This document shows, one piece after another, positions 59,536-64,000 of a stretch of DNA of 64,000 nucleotides. Each line of letters begins with the position of its first letter. Within the stretch, counting starts at the first letter, position 1. Origin of the DNA: Actinomycetes bacterium (GTDB lineage: Bacteria > Bacillota > Sulfobacillia > Sulfobacillales > JAIMBI01); contig JAIMBI010000006.1 in NCBI GenBank assembly GCA_023565505.1, positions 3,885 to 67,884 of the forward strand, given 5' to 3'. The notes under the pieces were generated by a model. That model saw only the letters and a list, made by a program, of their open reading frames with translations. It made no database searches and had not been told where the DNA came from. Position numbers and translations under genes: made by a program.

Positions 59536-59985
59536 GTGATGCGGCTGGCTGACTTCAGGATCCTGCTGGCCTCCGACGACACGCCCGGGGCGCTCGTGGC
59601 GGTCGACTGGGTGCGTCGGCACTTCGAGCCGGCCCGGACGCGGGTCACCGTGGTCACCGTGCTGGTGCCGCCGCCGGCCCAGTGGGAAGCGGTCGCCGGC
59701 GCCCCCCTCTGGGCCGACGTCGCCGAGACGGACCTCGTGCCGGAGACCAAGGCGCGGCTCGCGGCCTTCACGCCGGACGTGATTGTCCGGCGCGGAGACC
59801 CGGTCCGCGAAATCCGGGCGGCGGCGGAGAGCGTGAGACCGGACCTCATCGTCATGGGACATCGCGGCCTGAAGGGGATCGAGCGGTGGATGATGGGGAG
59901 CGTCGCCAAAGGGGTGGTGGACGCGAGCGACTGCCCGGTGCTGGTCATCCCCGAGATCCGGCCGGGTCGCGCCCGAAGCGCCTGA
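59536..59985 (+). CDS. universal stress protein
   Basis: ILLA.D, GDP...I, DLIVMGHRG, MGSVA..VV..S.CPVLV. Confidence 0.93.
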   Translation: MMRLADFRILLASDDTPGALVAVDWVRRHFEPARTRVTVVTVLVPPPAQWEAVAGAPLWADVAETDLVPETKARLAAFTPDVIVRRGDPVREIRAAAESVRPDLIVMGHRGLKGIERWMMGSVAKGVVDASDCPVLVIPEIRPGRARSA

Positions 59986-60272
59986 CCCCGCCGAGCCGCG
60001 GCCGGCGCCGCCGGCGGCCCGGCCCGGCGCCACATTCCCGCCGTTCGCCCGCGGCCTCGCGTCGCCTCTTCTTGCTTGACCGCGGGCGCTCTGCGCCCTT
60101 CCGCGCGGGACAGGATGGTCCCGTCCGGTGGAAGGGCGCTCTGTTTCAGCGTCGTGAACCGTCCCCGGAGTCGCCCGCCCGCTGTTTGGGCGCCGTCCCG
60201 GTCGGCCCGCCCCGGAATAGGCACGGAGGCCGGGGGAGATGTTAACGGACGGCGTCGGCGCGAGGAGAGCGC

Positions 60273-61868
60273 ATGGAGAGACAGTCCATCCAGGAGATCC
60301 TGCAGGCGAGCCAGAACCTGGTCCAGCGCCTCGACGGGCTGGTCCGTTCGCTCCGCGAAGCGCCGGGCGCTTCGCTGGAGGAGTACGTCCCCGACGTCGA
60401 GGCCGCCTATGCACGGCTCAAAAGCGGTCTCGGGCAGAGTCCGGACGTCGTCCTGCGCCGGCTGCGGATCCCGGCCGTGGGCCGCCAGGCGCTCGTGGCC
60501 TACGTCGACGGGATGGCCGACCCGCAGATGGTGGACCAGGATATCATCGCGCCGCTCCTGGCAACCCGCGAGCCCCCGGAGCGGTGGGCCGACGGCGTCA
60601 TCAGTCCGGGCCACGTCAAGACCGCCAAGCGTTGGGAGGCCATCGAGGCGGCGCTGGTGGCGGGGAACACGCTCGTGTTCGCCGACGGGCTTGGGGAGGT
60701 CCTGGTCGCCGACACGACCAAGTTCAAGCAGCGGAGCATCGAGCGGCCCGAGACGGAGATGAGCGTCCGGGGGCCGGCGGAGGCGTTCAACGAGGTCATC
60801 TTGACCCAGATGAACCAGATCCGGCGGCGGATTCAGACGCCTGCCCTGCGCTTCAAGCAACTCAAAGTGGGCCAGGTGCAGCAGGTCGCGGTGGTCGTCG
60901 TGTACCTGGAGGGCCTGACCAACCCGGCCCTGGTCGAGACCGTGGTGGAACGGGTCGAGCGAATCCGGGTCGACGGCATCCCGGACGCGTCGATGATCGG
61001 CGGGCTCATCCGCGACCACCCCCGTTCCATCTTTCCCACCATCCGCGCCACCGAGCGGGTGGACGTGGCCTGCTGGCGGCTCCTGGAAGGCAAGGTGGTG
61101 ATCCTCGTCGACGGCGACCCCTCCGTGCTCATCGCGCCGGCTCCGCTGGCCGACTTCTACCGCACGGCCATGGACTACACGAGTCCGTGGTACGATGCCA
61201 CGTTCGTGCGCTTCATCCGCTGGGGCGGCTGGGCGCTCGGGGTTTACCTGCCGGCGGTCTACATCGCCCTGACCGAGGTCAACGTCAACCTCGTGCCTGC
61301 CGCGCTCCTGACTCTGGTGGCCGGGGCGCACGCCGGCCTGCCCTTCCCGCCCATCGGGGAGGCGATGCTCATGATCTTCGTCATCGAGGTGCTGCGGGAG
61401 GCGGCGCTCCGCCTGCCCAAGGTGCTGAGCACGACCATCGGCACGGTGGGCGCCATCGTGGTGGGCACGGCCGTGGTGAAGGCGGGGCTGGTGAGCCCCC
61501 AGGTCATCGTGCTCATCACGCTCACGGCGCTGAGCTTCTACAGCGTGCCGGTCTACGAGCTGACCGGGACCTGGCGTCTGGTCAACTTCGTCATGCTCCT
61601 GGCGGCGGCCGTCTTCGGCGTGCTCGGCATCGTGCTGGTCTCGATGCTCTTGGTGGGGGAGCTGACGGCGATGAGTTCGTTCGGCGCGCCGTATTTCGAA
61701 CCGTTCGCCCCGTTCCGCCGGAAGGATTTCCAGGACATGGTGTGGCGACTGCCGTATTCGTCCTACACCATCCGGGCTACGGCAGGCCGGCCGGGCCACG
61801 GGCCGGCCCGGGAACCGGCCGAGGGCTTCCCGCCGCCCCATCTCAAGCGCCACAAGCCGGGGCGCTAG
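60273..61868 (+). CDS. spore germination receptor subunit A (GerA/GerKA family)
   Basis: RSIERP.TE.SVRGP.EAF.E, TER.D, EGKV.ILVDG, EVLREA..RLP, VG.IVVG.A.V.AG, G.PY..P..P. Confidence 0.95.
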   Translation: MERQSIQEILQASQNLVQRLDGLVRSLREAPGASLEEYVPDVEAAYARLKSGLGQSPDVVLRRLRIPAVGRQALVAYVDGMADPQMVDQDIIAPLLATREPPERWADGVISPGHVKTAKRWEAIEAALVAGNTLVFADGLGEVLVADTTKFKQRSIERPETEMSVRGPAEAFNEVILTQMNQIRRRIQTPALRFKQLKVGQVQQVAVVVVYLEGLTNPALVETVVERVERIRVDGIPDASMIGGLIRDHPRSIFPTIRATERVDVACWRLLEGKVVILVDGDPSVLIAPAPLADFYRTAMDYTSPWYDATFVRFIRWGGWALGVYLPAVYIALTEVNVNLVPAALLTLVAGAHAGLPFPPIGEAMLMIFVIEVLREAALRLPKVLSTTIGTVGAIVVGTAVVKAGLVSPQVIVLITLTALSFYSVPVYELTGTWRLVNFVMLLAAAVFGVLGIVLVSMLLVGELTAMSSFGAPYFEPFAPFRRKDFQDMVWRLPYSSYTIRATAGRPGHGPAREPAEGFPPPHLKRHKPGR

Positions 61869-61870
61869 CC

Positions 61871-62983
61871 GTGCGGCGAGCGGGACGTCTCGCCCGGATC
61901 GTACTCGCCGGGCTTCTGGGACTGAGCCTGACCGGCTGCTGGGACCAGGCTCCCATCGAGAACCGCGCGGTGGTGGTGGCCATCGCGGTGGACCCCGGCC
62001 GTCGCGGCAACGAGCGCTGGACCTTTCTGTTCCCGAACGTGTCGGCGACCGCCAGCAGCCTGAGCTCGACCTCGCCGTCGGAGAACTTCTACGCCGTCGC
62101 CGTGGACGCGCCGTCCCTGGCGGCGGCCTTCACCGCCGTCCAACAACGGCTGGCGCGGGACGTCTATCCGGGTCAGCTCCAGGTCGTGCTCTGGTCGGAC
62201 CGGCTCCCCACCCGGGCGGTCGCCAGCGTGGTGGCCGCCGTGGCCCAGAACGGCATCATGCCGTCGGCGGCCTGGGTGCTCGCGACCGTCGGCCAGGCCT
62301 CCCGGATCCTCACGGAGCCGAGTCCCCAATCCGTCGTCCCGTCGTACTACCTGGCCAAGTTCTTCGGCTGCCGTTCCTGCCAGCCGTTCGACCTCGGCGA
62401 GGAGTCGTGGGACTGGTGGGACCGGCACCTGACGCCCGGCATCGCTCCCATCGCGCCCGTGGCCCAGGCGGCCGGCCAGACGGTCACCATCAACCGGCTG
62501 GCCGTCTACCCCCCGGACGGGCCGCCGGCGGTCATGCCGCCCTTGGCGACCGAGGGGTACGGTTACCTGAGCGGCCGGGTCAACAAAGCCACCCTCAGTT
62601 GGCGCTGGCGCGGCCAGTGGCTCACCCTGGCGGACATCCGCGACACGCCCCGCATCCGGGTGCATCTGGAGCGCGGCGCCGTCGTGGTCCAGGAGACCGT
62701 CAACGCGACGGGCATCCTGGCAGCCGTCTCCCAGCGGCAGCCCATGGAGGCGGCGGAGCGGGCGGCGGCGCGGCTTGCGGCCGCGGCCATCCTGGACCGC
62801 TGCCGAGCGGCCGTGCGCTTTGCCAACCGGACGCACACGGATCCGTTCGGCTACGCGCGCCTGGCCGCCTGGACCGACAACCGGGCCGCGGCGGGCATGA
62901 CCCCGACGACGCTGGACCGCCTGCCCATCCGGGCCGACCTTACGGTCCACGTCACCGTGCGGGGGGCGGGGGAGTTCCGGTGA
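61871..62983 (+). CDS. spore germination receptor subunit C lipoprotein (Ger(x)C)
   Basis: Lipobox LTGCWD, IENRA.V.AIAVD, C-terminal DPFG. Confidence 0.9.
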   Translation: MRRAGRLARIVLAGLLGLSLTGCWDQAPIENRAVVVAIAVDPGRRGNERWTFLFPNVSATASSLSSTSPSENFYAVAVDAPSLAAAFTAVQQRLARDVYPGQLQVVLWSDRLPTRAVASVVAAVAQNGIMPSAAWVLATVGQASRILTEPSPQSVVPSYYLAKFFGCRSCQPFDLGEESWDWWDRHLTPGIAPIAPVAQAAGQTVTINRLAVYPPDGPPAVMPPLATEGYGYLSGRVNKATLSWRWRGQWLTLADIRDTPRIRVHLERGAVVVQETVNATGILAAVSQRQPMEAAERAAARLAAAAILDRCRAAVRFANRTHTDPFGYARLAAWTDNRAAAGMTPTTLDRLPIRADLTVHVTVRGAGEFR

Positions 62984-64000
62984 CCGGACCGGTCGAACCC
63001 ATCGGTCGCGGACAGTTCTTCCTGCTCGTGGCCATCTCGGTGGTGGCCGGGGGGGTGTACATCTGGCCCCAGGCGGTGCTGGCCGCGGCGGGCCAGAACG
63101 CCGTGTGGTCCCTCGTCGGGTCCGTCGCGCTGGCCGGTGCCACCACCTGGGCCCACGGCCTCTGGGGGGAGTGGGCCGGCGGTCCCCACTACCTGGCCGC
63201 CGCCGAGCGCACCTGGGGCTGGGCCCGCTGGGGTCCCTTCGCGGTCACCGTGGCCCTGTGCCTGGCGGTCGAGAGCGCGTTCGTGGCCCTCTTCGCCCAG
63301 ATGCTGCACGTGCTCTTCTACGTGGCGACCCCCCTCGTGGTCCTGCGCCTCCTCATCATCCTGCTGGCCGGCTGGTTCGCCTCCAAGCCGCTCAACGGCC
63401 TGGCGCGGAACGTCCAGTTCTGGTTTCCCCTGGTCATCTTCTCCTTCCTGTTCCTGTGGGTGGCCGGCATGTTCCAGGCCCGGGACTGGCCCGCCGCGCT
63501 GCCCTCCAACGTCGTCTCGCTGGTCGACATCGCCCGGGGGATCCTGATGACCTGGTACCTCTGGATCCAGGGCGCCGTGCTGGTCACCCTGGCACCCCAC
63601 GTCAGCGACACCCCGGCGCGGCGGGTCCGGCGCATCGCCGTGGCCGCCATCCTGGCCCAGGGGGTCATCCTCCTCATGATCTACGTGCTGGTCACGGCGA
63701 CGCTCGGGCCGGAAGCCGCCCAGCATCTCGAGTGGCCGCTCATCTTCGTGGTGTCGAACCTCAACTTCTCGTCGGCGTTCATCAGCCGCCCCGGGGTCTT
63801 CATCCTGCTGGGATGGGTGGCCGCCCTCATCCTCCACGTGAGCGTCCATCTCTACTGCGGCGCAACCAACCTGGCGGCGGCGTTCGGCGGCCACGGCGAC
63901 CAGGAGGGCCGGCGCCGCCTCCTGGTGGCCGCGTTCGCCCTGGTCCTGGCAGTGGCCTCCTCGGTGTACACTTCACCGAGCGAAACCACCGACTGGGTGC
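62980..64000 (+). CDS. spore germination receptor subunit B (GerAB family), truncated by window end
   Basis: GTGA overlap with gerC; AGQNAVWS, TP, LAR, LG, WP and many TMs; open to the end of the window. Confidence 0.85.
   Translation, partial: MTGPVEPIGRGQFFLLVAISVVAGGVYIWPQAVLAAAGQNAVWSLVGSVALAGATTWAHGLWGEWAGGPHYLAAAERTWGWARWGPFAVTVALCLAVESAFVALFAQMLHVLFYVATPLVVLRLLIILLAGWFASKPLNGLARNVQFWFPLVIFSFLFLWVAGMFQARDWPAALPSNVVSLVDIARGILMTWYLWIQGAVLVTLAPHVSDTPARRVRRIAVAAILAQGVILLMIYVLVTATLGPEAAQHLEWPLIFVVSNLNFSSAFISRPGVFILLGWVAALILHVSVHLYCGATNLAAAFGGHGDQEGRRRLLVAAFALVLAVASSVYTSPSETTDWV

Noticed and set aside
28910-60000. One genomic island integrated at tRNA-Thr
   Set aside because: No integrase or duplicated tRNA 3' end was seen, and housekeeping purKE follows the tRNA; accessory content alone is not enough.

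Overview
This is a high-GC chromosomal window from an endospore-forming Bacillota; gene content and style suggest a Sulfobacillus-like lineage, which is inference. Bases 1-29 kb hold the replication-origin region: three tRNAs, serS with a compact T-box-like leader, an inverted gyrA-pdxS-pdxT block, gyrB-remB-dciA-recF-dnaN-oriC-dnaA, rpmH-rnpA-yidD-yidC-rsmG-parA-parB with two variant parS sites, rpsF-ssb-rpsR-rplI-lonC-dnaB-purA, tRNA-Gly and tRNA-Thr. Bases 29-60 kb are accessory: purKE, a frameshifted PAS-GGDEF-methyltransferase, an EAL-globin-GGDEF protein, a decayed csoR-copA-YHS copper locus, and a fluoride-riboswitch-led Ehr (NiFe-less hydrogenase-4-like) operon followed by an atypical CLC. 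They also hold an IS110 element and two paralogous DosR/DosS-like pairs. Those pairs bracket VIT1, a methyltransferase, an orphan cytochrome c oxidase subunit I and a di-iron protein, with a 7Fe ferredoxin and a USP just beyond. A GerA-type germination receptor operon ends the window. Best leads: (1) an IS110 whose non-coding left end carries a 10-nt copy of its own flank, which is the complement of a Shine-Dalgarno sequence (candidate RBS-targeting bridge RNA); (2) the fluoride riboswitch-Ehr-CLC module; (3) a mycobacterial-style DosRS hypoxia regulon in duplicate in a spore-former. All calls come from reading the sequence; no searches were run.
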